From a virus, in the IMG/VR virus record IMGVR_UViG_3300028615_000137, positions 1 through 64,000 of that record: DNA of 64,000 bases. One strand, 5' to 3'. Positions within the stretch are counted from its first letter, which is position 1, and the number at the start of each line of letters is the position of its first letter. The notes beneath the pieces are model-generated. The model searched no databases. It was not told the origin of the DNA and was given only the letters and a program-made list of their open reading frames with translations. The position numbers and the translations under genes are program-made. Of this stretch, positions 1 to 7,091 are shown piece after piece.

Positions 1-244
1 TCGACAAGAACTTATCGAAAAGTATGAAAAGGGGGAAAGGGATTTTGAAGGGGTAGATCTCAGCTATGCGGATCTGGGTTACCTCAATCTCAAGGATGCA
101 AACTTCGACTGGGCAAATCTTGAAGGTGCAAATCTCGAGAATGCGGAGTTCAGATACACAAAACTTGAAAATGCGAATCTCAAGAATGCAGATCTTGAAG
201 GTGCCGATCTATACTGTGCGAACCTCGAAGGTGCAAATCGTTAG
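1..244 (+). CDS. Pentapeptide-repeat protein, 5' end outside window
   Basis: Manual translation from nt 2: RQELIEKYEKGERDFEGVDLSYADL...ANLEGANR*, stop TAG 242-244; same leader as neighbours. Confidence 0.9.
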   Translation, partial: RQELIEKYEKGERDFEGVDLSYADLGYLNLKDANFDWANLEGANLENAEFRYTKLENANLKNADLEGADLYCANLEGANR

Positions 245-372
245 CTGAACAATTACACTATAGGTGTAACAAATTTTAGACATTTTTCTCAGCTTGAGCT
301 TGCACAGTGGTTCCACTCTGCTAGTCTATATGTTGAGGCAAGGGAGAAAACAAAATGGAAAAGAAAATGACT
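239..372 (+). repeat. Intergenic cassette repeat type I, copy A (palindrome + promoter + RBS + start)
   Basis: cgttagctgaacaattacactataggtgtaa...agcttgagcttgcacag...gctagtctatatgttgaggcaagggagaaaacaaaatggaaaagaaaatgac; recurs at ~757, ~1380 and inverted at ~4936-5069. Confidence 0.95.
300..327 (+). promoter_or_regulatory. Putative sigma-70 promoter with extended -10
   Basis: TTGCAC-N16-TAGTCT preceded by TGn; same at 815-842, 1443-1470 and (-) 4980-5007. Confidence 0.6.
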
Positions 373-777
373 CGACAAGAAGTTGTACAAAAGTGTGAAA
401 ATGGGGAAATAGATTTCCGAGGCGCAGATCTCAGTGGACAGGATCTAAGCGGACTGGATCTAAGCGGAGTGGATCTCGAAGGTGTAAATCTCAAGAATGC
501 AGATCTAGAAGGGGCAGATCTCAGGGACGCAAATCTCGAGAATGCGGTTCTCAGGGACGCAAATCTCAAGGGGGCAAATCTCAGTTTTGCAAATCTCAGC
601 GGTGTAAATCTAAGGGGTGCAGATCTCGAAGGGACAATCCTTCAGGATGCGGATCTCAGGGACGCAAATCTTGAAGGTGCAATCCTTCAAGATGCGGATC
701 TCATCTGTGCAAACCTTGAAGGTGCAAACCTTGAAGGTGCGGTTATCTATCTTGGTAACAGGAAAATTACACTATAG
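355..777 (+). CDS. Pentapeptide-repeat protein
   Basis: Leader MEKKMTRQEVVQKCENGEIDF followed by A[DN]Lxx repeats; RBS agggag. Confidence 0.95.
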   Translation: MEKKMTRQEVVQKCENGEIDFRGADLSGQDLSGLDLSGVDLEGVNLKNADLEGADLRDANLENAVLRDANLKGANLSFANLSGVNLRGADLEGTILQDADLRDANLEGAILQDADLICANLEGANLEGAVIYLGNRKITL

Positions 778-876
778 GTGTAAACAATTTTTAGACAATT
801 TTCTTAGCTTGAGCTTGCACAGCGGTCAAAGGCTGCTAGTCTATATGTTGAGGCAAGGGAGAAAGCAAAATGGAAA
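757..876 (+). repeat. Intergenic cassette repeat type I, copy B
   Basis: ttacactataggtgtaa 767-783, promoter motif 815-842, RBS. Confidence 0.95.
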
Positions 877-1046
877 ACAACAGCATCATCGGCACGGTAG
901 ACTTCGAAGCGCTCAATCGCGAGATCACGAACTTCGAGCTTGCAAATGCGCAGTGGGAGGGTGATGGCGAACAGAACGAAACGGAAACTGAAATTTTGTT
1001 CACCATCGAGTTCAAGAGCCGCTTACGACACTCGGATAGAGGCTAA
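870..1046 (+). CDS. Small acidic hypothetical protein (58 aa) in a cassette slot
   Basis: ATG 870 directly after the conserved RBS; MENNSIIGTVDFEALNREITNFELANAQWEGDGEQNETETEILFTIEFKSRLRHSDRG*. Confidence 0.7.
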   Translation: MENNSIIGTVDFEALNREITNFELANAQWEGDGEQNETETEILFTIEFKSRLRHSDRG

Positions 1047-1064
1047 AGCCGAGCTAGAAGGTAG

Positions 1065-1385
1065 AGCAGCGGACTAGATCTCGGTGGGGTAGATCTCAAG
1101 GGTGCAAACTTTGAAGGTTCACTTTTAGATGGCGCAAATCTCAAGTGTGCAAATCTCAACCTTGCAGATCTCAGGTATGTAAATCTCGAGAATGCAGTTC
1201 TCAGGGACGCAAATCTTAGGGGAGCAGATCTCAGCGGTGCAAATCTCAAGGGTGCAGAAATCAGGGATGCAAACCTTGAAGGTGCAAATCTTGAATATGC
1301 AGATCTCAAGAATGCAGATCTCAGGTATGTAAATCTCAGCGGTGTAAAACTCAAGGATGCAAATCTAGAGGGTGCTGTCCGTTAG
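1065..1385 (+). pseudogene. Headless pentapeptide-repeat gene (open frame, no leader or start)
   Basis: [18 protein letters not shown]...ANLEGAVR*; in-frame TAG at 1062-1064 upstream, no ATG. Confidence 0.8.
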
Positions 1386-1511
1386 CTGAACAATTACACT
1401 ATAGGTGTAACAAATTTTTTAGACAATTTTCTTAGCTTGAGCTTGCACAGCGGTCAAAGGCTGCTAGTCTATATGCTGAGACGAGGAGAAAATTTTATGA
1501 AGAAAATGACT
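1380..1511 (+). repeat. Intergenic cassette repeat type I, copy C
   Basis: cgttagctgaacaattacactataggtgtaa (palindrome 1394-1410), promoter motif 1443-1470. Confidence 0.95.
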
Positions 1512-1772
1512 AGGCAAGAAATTATCGAAAAGTATGAAAAGGGGGAACGAGATTTCCAAGAGGTAGATCTTAGTGGAGTAAATCTAAGAGGACTGGATCT
1601 AAGCGGAGTAAATCTTGAAAATGCGGATCTCAAGAATGCAGATCTAGAAGGGGCAAATCTCAAGAATGCAGATCTAGAAGGGGCAAATCTCAGGTATGCA
1701 AATCTCAGGTATGCAAATCTTGAAGGCGCAAATCTACAAGATGCAAATCTTGAAGGGGTAATCTGGCGGTAA
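1497..1772 (+). CDS. Pentapeptide-repeat protein
   Basis: MKKMTRQEIIEKYEKGERDF + repeats; start moved to ATG 1497 after RBS aggag. Confidence 0.93.
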   Translation: MKKMTRQEIIEKYEKGERDFQEVDLSGVNLRGLDLSGVNLENADLKNADLEGANLKNADLEGANLRYANLRYANLEGANLQDANLEGVIWR

Positions 1773-1810
1773 CAGGAAAATTACACTATAGGTGGAAAAT
1801 GAGTAAGTAA

Positions 1811-2032
1811 ATGACAAGACTAGAAATTATAGAAAAGTATGAAAGCGGGGAACGAGATTTTCGATGGAAAAATCTAAGCGGAGTAGATCTAAGCGGAGTA
1901 GATCTAAGCGGAGTAAATCTGGAAGGTGCAGATCTAGAAGGGGCAAATCTCGAGAATGTGGTTCTCAAGGGTGCAGATCTAAGTGGGGCAGATCTCAGGT
2001 ATGCAAATCTAGAGGGGGTAATCTGGCGCTAG
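1811..2032 (+). CDS. Pentapeptide-repeat protein (short)
   Basis: MTRLEIIEKYESGERDF + repeats; same C-terminus (ANLEGVIWR) as previous gene. Confidence 0.9.
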   Translation: MTRLEIIEKYESGERDFRWKNLSGVDLSGVDLSGVNLEGADLEGANLENVVLKGADLSGADLRYANLEGVIWR

Positions 2033-2206
2033 TGGGGTCTCGCCTGGGTGGCAACTAGGGGATACTTGTAAGGAGGCTTAGACGGGCGTATGGAAGGCTT
2101 CACGCACCTGTTAGAGCGTCTTGGCAGGGGAGAATAACGCTTGAGTATACAATCGGGAAAACAAGGGGTGTGACATTTTGACAATTTGTGTGGTAGAGTT
2201 GGTGAC

Positions 2207-3007
2207 ATGAAGGGTCAACGAATGACGCCAAAAGAGTACGAGTTGTGGCTCCAGGCGTTCCGCGAATGTGGGGAAAATTGGTCGCGTGTAGCCCGTTGGA
2301 TCCAAAAGAGAGTGCCGGGTCGTGAGGCGACAACTGCTCAAGTTGTCAAGAGGGGTTACCAAAAAGGTTGGCCAAATCACGATGGTGATTTTCCCCCTAT
2401 TTTCGAAGTGTTAGCGGCTGAGACTGCGAAAGCGGAAGCCGAGATAGCGAAAAAAACTCGGCTAGCGATCGTGGAAGATGCGATAGCGGGCGATGCCGAC
2501 GCCATTGCACTCGCGCATGACTATCAGGTCCAAGCCAAAGCAGAAGAAGGCATTTTAGTAGGAAAAGCAAGGAAAAACTTGCTTGAAGTCATGGATTCGT
2601 CAAAAAATCTGCTAACTGGAATAAACCGATTGTCTGCAAGTGTTGGAAAACATTTGGAAAGAATGGAAATCGATTCCGATGATCCCGAAGGCGCCACAAA
2701 TGCGGTTCAGCTATTGTGGAGAGCGTCGACGGCCCTTCGAGCCGCTACGGCGGCAACAAAAGACGTCCTAGAGTGCGAGCGGCTTGTGATGAATAGGCCC
2801 ACTACAGTGGTCGAGCACCGGGTTGGAGCCAGTGCAACCACTGAAGAAACGCTCAGGCATATCCAAAAGAACTACGAGAATTCGATCCGAATGCAGGAAC
2901 GGATAGCCAGACGGGAGCGCTTGGAAGCCGAACTCGAAGAAAAACATAAGAAAACCTACATTGATGTAGAAGTGCTAGACACTGGAAAGCTTGAAGAAAG
3001 CGAATAG
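2207..3007 (+). CDS. Probable terminase small subunit
   Basis: N-terminal HTH-like segment, long helical middle, C-terminal ERLVMNRPTTVVEHRV...YIDVEV resembling TerS; start uncertain (2186/2207/2222). Confidence 0.55.
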   Translation: MKGQRMTPKEYELWLQAFRECGENWSRVARWIQKRVPGREATTAQVVKRGYQKGWPNHDGDFPPIFEVLAAETAKAEAEIAKKTRLAIVEDAIAGDADAIALAHDYQVQAKAEEGILVGKARKNLLEVMDSSKNLLTGINRLSASVGKHLERMEIDSDDPEGATNAVQLLWRASTALRAATAATKDVLECERLVMNRPTTVVEHRVGASATTEETLRHIQKNYENSIRMQERIARRERLEAELEEKHKKTYIDVEVLDTGKLEESE

Positions 3008-3049
3008 TTTCCAAAAGTCGAAAAAATTTGTAAACCTTGAGTTAAATCT

Positions 3050-3085
3050 TTGGCTTAGCTTGTGCATTAGCACATCATGTGCCAA
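3050..3085. promoter_or_regulatory. Imperfect palindrome of two facing sigma-54 (-24/-12)-like motifs
   Basis: + TTGGCTTAGCTTGTGCA 3050-3066; - TTGGCACATGATGTGCT 3085-3069; both GG-N10-GC. Confidence 0.45.
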
Positions 3086-3315
3086 ATTGTCTAAACTGTG
3101 GCAAAAAAGTCACGCAATTGCGCACCATGTAAGAAAGCACTTATGTGCAAATCTGCCATAGTACTTTGCCCATTTGTAGTACCATTACCCTACAAGTATA
3201 TCGATCCTCCCTAGGCTTATATACACCCAACTATGGCAGAAATGCACATCTTACCATACATGTATGGCCATTATGGGCCCTGGTAGGTGCATGTGTGCAC
3301 ATCCGGGCTTGATAC

Positions 3316-3352
3316 TTGGCACGAGCTTGTGCATTAGCAAGTTGTGTGCCAA
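3316..3352. promoter_or_regulatory. Second palindrome; sigma-54 consensus on - strand
   Basis: - strand TTGGCACACAACTTGCT (3352-3336) fits YTGGCACRNNNNTTGCW; shares agcttgtgcattagca with the first copy. Confidence 0.55.
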
Positions 3353-3708
3353 TTAGGTAACACCTGAAAAATGATCAAAAAAACAATTGCCTCCAGAACA
3401 GCGCCTGCTAGGATATAGGTATGACTAACGCAGATATTCATGTGTATCAGACTAGGGACGGCTGCTATAGGTGTAGGGTCACATATGGTAACACCACTGT
3501 GTACACTGGTAAACACATCACCCTATATGCGGCTGTGTGGAATGCTGCTAAGCTAGCAGAGAAGGGAAAGAATGGATAATATGGAAACTATGAAAATGAC
3601 TTGGGGTGCAAGAGTAGTGCCATTCTTGTACTAATGATACCTAACCCCGTAGCTCACCCCAAGCGGCGCTTGATAGCTTGTGAGATGTGAACGCCTGGTG
3701 ATGAAGTG

Positions 3709-3724
3709 TGTTTCACGTGGAACA
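3709..3724. promoter_or_regulatory. parS: parS site (chromosomal ParB-binding palindrome)
   Basis: TGTTTCACGTGGAACA; reverse complement TGTTCCACGTGAAACA equals the canonical bacterial parS 16-mer; lies in non-coding DNA. Confidence 0.8.
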
Positions 3725-3729
3725 TTCAG

Positions 3730-3793
3730 GGTAATCACTTACACTATCGTACAGTGTAGGTAATCACCCACACTGTGGAACAAGGTGGGTAAC
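3730..3793 (+). repeat. Degenerate 29-bp tandem repeat
   Basis: ggtaatcac at 3730 and 3759, ggtaac at 3788; units contain internal dyads. Confidence 0.6.
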
Positions 3794-3880
3794 TGTAGGT
3801 TAACGTAAGGTAATAACTTTTTTCGCCTACAGTTTCCCCGAATTGGGCTCACTCGTTTGCCCAGTGCAGGACCACACAGA

Positions 3881-3956
3881 TTTTTTTACAATTTTCTGAC
3901 AAAATTTGCTAATATACCACTAAAATCAGCTACAGAGATTTGATATTTTTTTTTTT
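3881..3956 (-). repeat. Intergenic repeat type II, copy 1
   Basis: tttttttacaattttctgacaaaatttgctaatataccactaaaatcagctacagagatttgatattttt identical at 4541-4615; first ~40 bp also at ~5605-5645. Confidence 0.95.
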
Positions 3957-3964
3957 ACAATTTT

Positions 3965-4006
3965 CTGAGAAAAATGTCTAAAAATTGTTTACACCTATAG
4001 TGTAAA
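3965..4006 (-). repeat. Partial type I repeat (palindrome part)
   Basis: ttacacctatagtgtaa 3989-4005 plus ctgagaaaaatgtctaaaaattgt. Confidence 0.85.
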
Positions 4007-4011
4007 TATCC

Positions 4012-4512
4012 TTAGCTATGGATGGTACCATTGAGATTTGCACCTTCTAGATCTGCCCCACTTAGATTTGCATGCTGAAGATCTGCAAACCTGAGATCTG
4101 CCCATTTGAGATCTGCCCATTTGAGATCCGCACCCTTGAGATTTGCGCCTTTGAGTTCTGCAAAGCTGAAATTTGCACCCCGAAGATCTGCACCTTCTAG
4201 ATCTGCACAGTAGAGAACCACACCCTTGAGAACTGCAAACCTGAGATCTACCCTTTCAAGATCTGCCCCACTGAGATTTGCACCCCTGAGAACTGCACCC
4301 TTGAGATTTGCCCCTTCGAGTTCTGCATTCTTGAGAACTGCAAACCTGAGTTCTGCACAGTAGAGATTTGCATGCTGAAGATTTGCTGTTCTAAGATCCA
4401 CTCCACTTAGATCTACTCCACTTAGATCTACTCCGCTGAGATCTGCACCTCGGAAATCTCTTTCCCCATTTTCATACTTTTCTATTAATTCTTCTCTTGT
4501 CATTTTCTTCAT
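4012..4512 (-). CDS. Pentapeptide-repeat protein
   Basis: MKKMTREELIEKYENGERDF + repeats. Confidence 0.95.
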   Translation of the reverse strand: MKKMTREELIEKYENGERDFRGADLSGVDLSGVDLSGVDLRTANLQHANLYCAELRFAVLKNAELEGANLKGAVLRGANLSGADLERVDLRFAVLKGVVLYCADLEGADLRGANFSFAELKGANLKGADLKWADLKWADLRFADLQHANLSGADLEGANLNGTIHS

Positions 4513-4540
4513 AAAATTTTCTACCTATATTGTAATTTTT

Positions 4541-4615
4541 TTTTTTTACAATTTTCTGACAAAATTTGCTAATATACCACTAAAATCAGCTACAGAGATT
4601 TGATATTTTTTTTTT
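4541..4615 (-). repeat. Intergenic repeat type II, copy 2
   Basis: Identical to 3881-3955, 660 bp away. Confidence 0.95.
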
Positions 4616-4952
4616 ATTCGACCTGGATAAACTTTTTGCCATAAATTATTACACGTACCCCTTCAAGGTTTGCATTCTTGAGAACTGCCCTTTCGAGATC
4701 TGCATTTTCGAGATCTGCATACCTGAGAACTGCAAAGCTGAGATCTGCATTTTCGAGATCTGCATACCTGAGAACTGCAAAGCTGAGATCTGCCCCTTCA
4801 AGGTTTGCGTCCCTTAGTTCTGCCCCACTTAGATTTGCGTTCCTTAGTTCTGCACCCTTGAGATCTACTCCACTAAGATCTGCGCCTCGGAAATCTCTTT
4901 CCCCATTTTCATACTTTTCTATTAATTCTTCTCTTGTCATTTTCTTTTCCAT
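4614..4952 (-). CDS. Pentapeptide-repeat protein
   Basis: MEKKMTREELIEKYENGERDF + repeats; internal 45-bp duplication (ADLSFAVLRYADLEN x2). Confidence 0.95.
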   Translation of the reverse strand: MEKKMTREELIEKYENGERDFRGADLSGVDLKGAELRNANLSGAELRDANLEGADLSFAVLRYADLENADLSFAVLRYADLENADLERAVLKNANLEGVRVIIYGKKFIQVE

Positions 4953-5069
4953 TTTGTTTTCTCCCTTGCCTCAACATATAGACTAGCAGCCTTTGACCGC
5001 TGTGCAAGCTCAAGCTCAAAAAATTGTCTAAAAAATTGTTTACACCTATAGTGTAATTGTTCAGCTAAC
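4936..5069 (-). repeat. Intergenic cassette repeat type I, inverted copy D
   Basis: Reverse complement of 239-372/1380-1511, with palindrome 5040-5056 and promoter motif 4980-5007. Confidence 0.95.
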
Positions 5070-5577
5070 GGAAGGCACCTTCTAGGTTTGCACCATTGAG
5101 ATTTGCACCTTCTAGATTCGCCCTTTCGAGATCTGCACCTTCAAGGTTCGCACCCTTGAGATTTGAATAGCTGAGGTCTGCAAACCTGAGATCTGCACCC
5201 TCTAGAACTGCCCCACTGAGATCTGCTCCCGCTAGATCTGCACCCCTAAGATCTGCATACCAGAGATCTGCATATTCAAGATCTGCATTCTTGAGATTTG
5301 CAAAGCCGAGTTTTGCATTCTCGAGATTTGCATATTCAAGATTCGCATGTCTGAGTTCTGCACCCTTGAGATTTGCATTCTTGAGATTTGCATTCTTGAG
5401 ATTTGCAAAGCCGAGTTTTGCATTCTCGAGGTTTGCAAATAGGAGATTTACTCTGCTTAGATCCAGTCCGCTGAGAACCAGTTCGCTTAGATCTACTCCA
5501 CTAAGATCTGCGCCTCGGAAATCTCTTTCCCCATTTTCATACTTTTGCACAACTTCTTCTCTAGTCATTTTCTTCAT
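5065..5577 (-). CDS. Pentapeptide-repeat protein
   Basis: MKKMTREEVVQKYENGERDF + repeats. Confidence 0.95.
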   Translation of the reverse strand: MKKMTREEVVQKYENGERDFRGADLSGVDLSELVLSGLDLSRVNLLFANLENAKLGFANLKNANLKNANLKGAELRHANLEYANLENAKLGFANLKNADLEYADLWYADLRGADLAGADLSGAVLEGADLRFADLSYSNLKGANLEGADLERANLEGANLNGANLEGAFR

Positions 5578-5653
5578 AAAATTTTCTACCTATATTGTAA
5601 TTTTTTTTTTTACAATTTTCTGACAAAATTTGCTAATATACCACTTTCTTTCC

Positions 5654-6166
5654 TTAGACCAGTGGTAGCCCCATAGTTTGTTGATCGCGGAAGCCGCCAT
5701 CAAGATTTGCGAAACTGAGATCTGCTCTTTTAAAAACTGCCCCTCTGAAATCTGCACCCCTAAGATCTGCATACATAATATTTGCATCCCTGAGATTTGC
5801 ATATTCAAGATTCGCATGTCTGAGTTCTGCACAATTTAGGTTTGCATACCTGAGGTATGCACGGCTAAGTTTTGCACCTTCTAGATTTGCATATTCTAGA
5901 TCTGCACGGTAGAGATTTGCACCTTCTAGGAATGTACCTTCAAGATTTACACGGTAGAGATCTGCAAGGTTGAGATTTGCACACTTGAGAACCGCATTGC
6001 TAAGATTTGCACACTTGAGAACCGCATTGCTAAGATCTGCATAGCTGAGATTTGCTGATCTAAGATCCAGTCCTCTTAGATTTACTCCACTAAGATCTAC
6101 TTCTTGGAAATCTCTTTCCCCATTTTCGTACTTTTGTACAACTTCTTTTCTAGTCATTTTCTTCAT
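5654..6166 (-). CDS. Pentapeptide-repeat protein
   Basis: MKKMTRKEVVQKYENGERDF + repeats. Confidence 0.95.
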   Translation of the reverse strand: MKKMTRKEVVQKYENGERDFQEVDLSGVNLRGLDLRSANLSYADLSNAVLKCANLSNAVLKCANLNLADLYRVNLEGTFLEGANLYRADLEYANLEGAKLSRAYLRYANLNCAELRHANLEYANLRDANIMYADLRGADFRGAVFKRADLSFANLDGGFRDQQTMGLPLV

Positions 6167-6178
6167 AAAATTTTACTT

Positions 6179-6373
6179 TCACCCTTGCTTTTCTTCGTAA
6201 AGTGGCAGCATAGGATACGGACATAGTTCTGCTAGTGTCCTGCTGCTAAGACTCAAGCCAAATCCACAACTTTTCTTCAATGCCTCTGGATGTGCGCAAT
6301 ATGGTCCATCTGGGTCGCAACCACCAAATTGACAAGTGTAACATTTACGTTCAACTTTATTCATTTCCTTCAC
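6179..6373 (-). CDS. Small Cys-rich hypothetical protein
   Basis: CxxC...C...C; coupled to neighbour. Confidence 0.65.
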   Translation of the reverse strand: MKEMNKVERKCYTCQFGGCDPDGPYCAHPEALKKSCGFGLSLSSRTLAELCPYPMLPLYEEKQG

Positions 6374-6786
6374 CGATCGAATTTGGTCTCTATCCCTATC
6401 AACAGCTTATTTCTATAATCGTCCAAAGCTTCTTGAGGAGTATCAAAACATTCACTAACCACGTCGTCAGAGTCGAAGACTACATATTTATTAGAATAGG
6501 TAGAATTAAGAAACAAATCGAAATGTTCGATTTGCCAATGTTCATATAATTCGTCCCAAATGAAAGTAATCTCTTTTCCATACCAAGTAAGAGTAATATT
6601 TTCTTGGGATTCATCCCCCTTATTCGTAGGTTCCGAATTATTCCAAACGATATCTAGAAACTTCTCCATTTCTGCTTGACTAAAAATAAGTACATTATTG
6701 GGCAATCCGCAGACTATGTCAAAAACTTTATGCTTTGAATCTTCAAAAATATAATAGAGTTTTTCACCTATTTGTATCGGTTTCAT
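6370..6786 (-). CDS. Hypothetical protein
   Basis: ORF with ATGA-type overlaps on both sides. Confidence 0.7.
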   Translation of the reverse strand: MKPIQIGEKLYYIFEDSKHKVFDIVCGLPNNVLIFSQAEMEKFLDIVWNNSEPTNKGDESQENITLTWYGKEITFIWDELYEHWQIEHFDLFLNSTYSNKYVVFDSDDVVSECFDTPQEALDDYRNKLLIGIETKFDR

Positions 6787-7091
6787 TGCAATCCTAGATC
6801 CTCACTATCATTTATATAATGTAGCGGATTATAGCCGCTGTCCAAGCTTATATTTAAATTTTTTGCCATATTTAGAAAATCTTGATCGTCTGTCAGAATT
6901 TTGAACATATCTTCTTCTAATTCAAAATACACATCGGAATGTTTACCAAGAATTTCACCAAAATAAACTACTGTACATTTTCCAATTTCTTCTTGAAGTT
7001 TGCTCCACTCGTTTTCGTTTAGAACAAACCTTCCACTTACGACACCAAGGCGACCATAATCTACAAACATTTCAATAAAATAATTTTTCAT
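6783..7091 (-). CDS. Hypothetical phage protein (acidic)
   Basis: ORF with VYFGEILGKHS motif; coupled. Confidence 0.7.
   Translation of the reverse strand: MKNYFIEMFVDYGRLGVVSGRFVLNENEWSKLQEEIGKCTVVYFGEILGKHSDVYFELEEDMFKILTDDQDFLNMAKNLNISLDSGYNPLHYINDSEDLGLQ

Noticed and set aside
256-264. CACTATAGG resemblance to T7/SP6 promoter cores
   Set aside because: Upstream specificity region does not match, no single-subunit RNAP in the window, and the palindrome explains the motif.
3097-3114. CRP-like site tgtggcaaaaaagtcacg
   Set aside because: Spacer is 8 rather than 6 bp and both half-sites are degenerate.
3334-3516. 60-aa ORF on - in the non-coding core
   Set aside because: No RBS or recognisable features and overlaps the palindrome; probably spurious.
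239-5069. CRISPR-like or integron attC interpretation of the intergenic repeats
   Set aside because: Units are separated by whole genes, not 30-40 bp spacers; GTTAGCT precedes rather than follows the AAC box, the wrong order for attC; no cas or integrase seen.
66-5832. Alternative-frame and antisense ORFs over the PRP genes (RFAPSRSA..., MQISRMQ...)
   Set aside because: Shadow frames produced by the stop-poor 15-bp repeat; no RBS or leader.
1-6166. Diversity-generating retroelement as the source of PRP variation
   Set aside because: No reverse transcriptase in the window and differences between paralogues are not adenine-specific.
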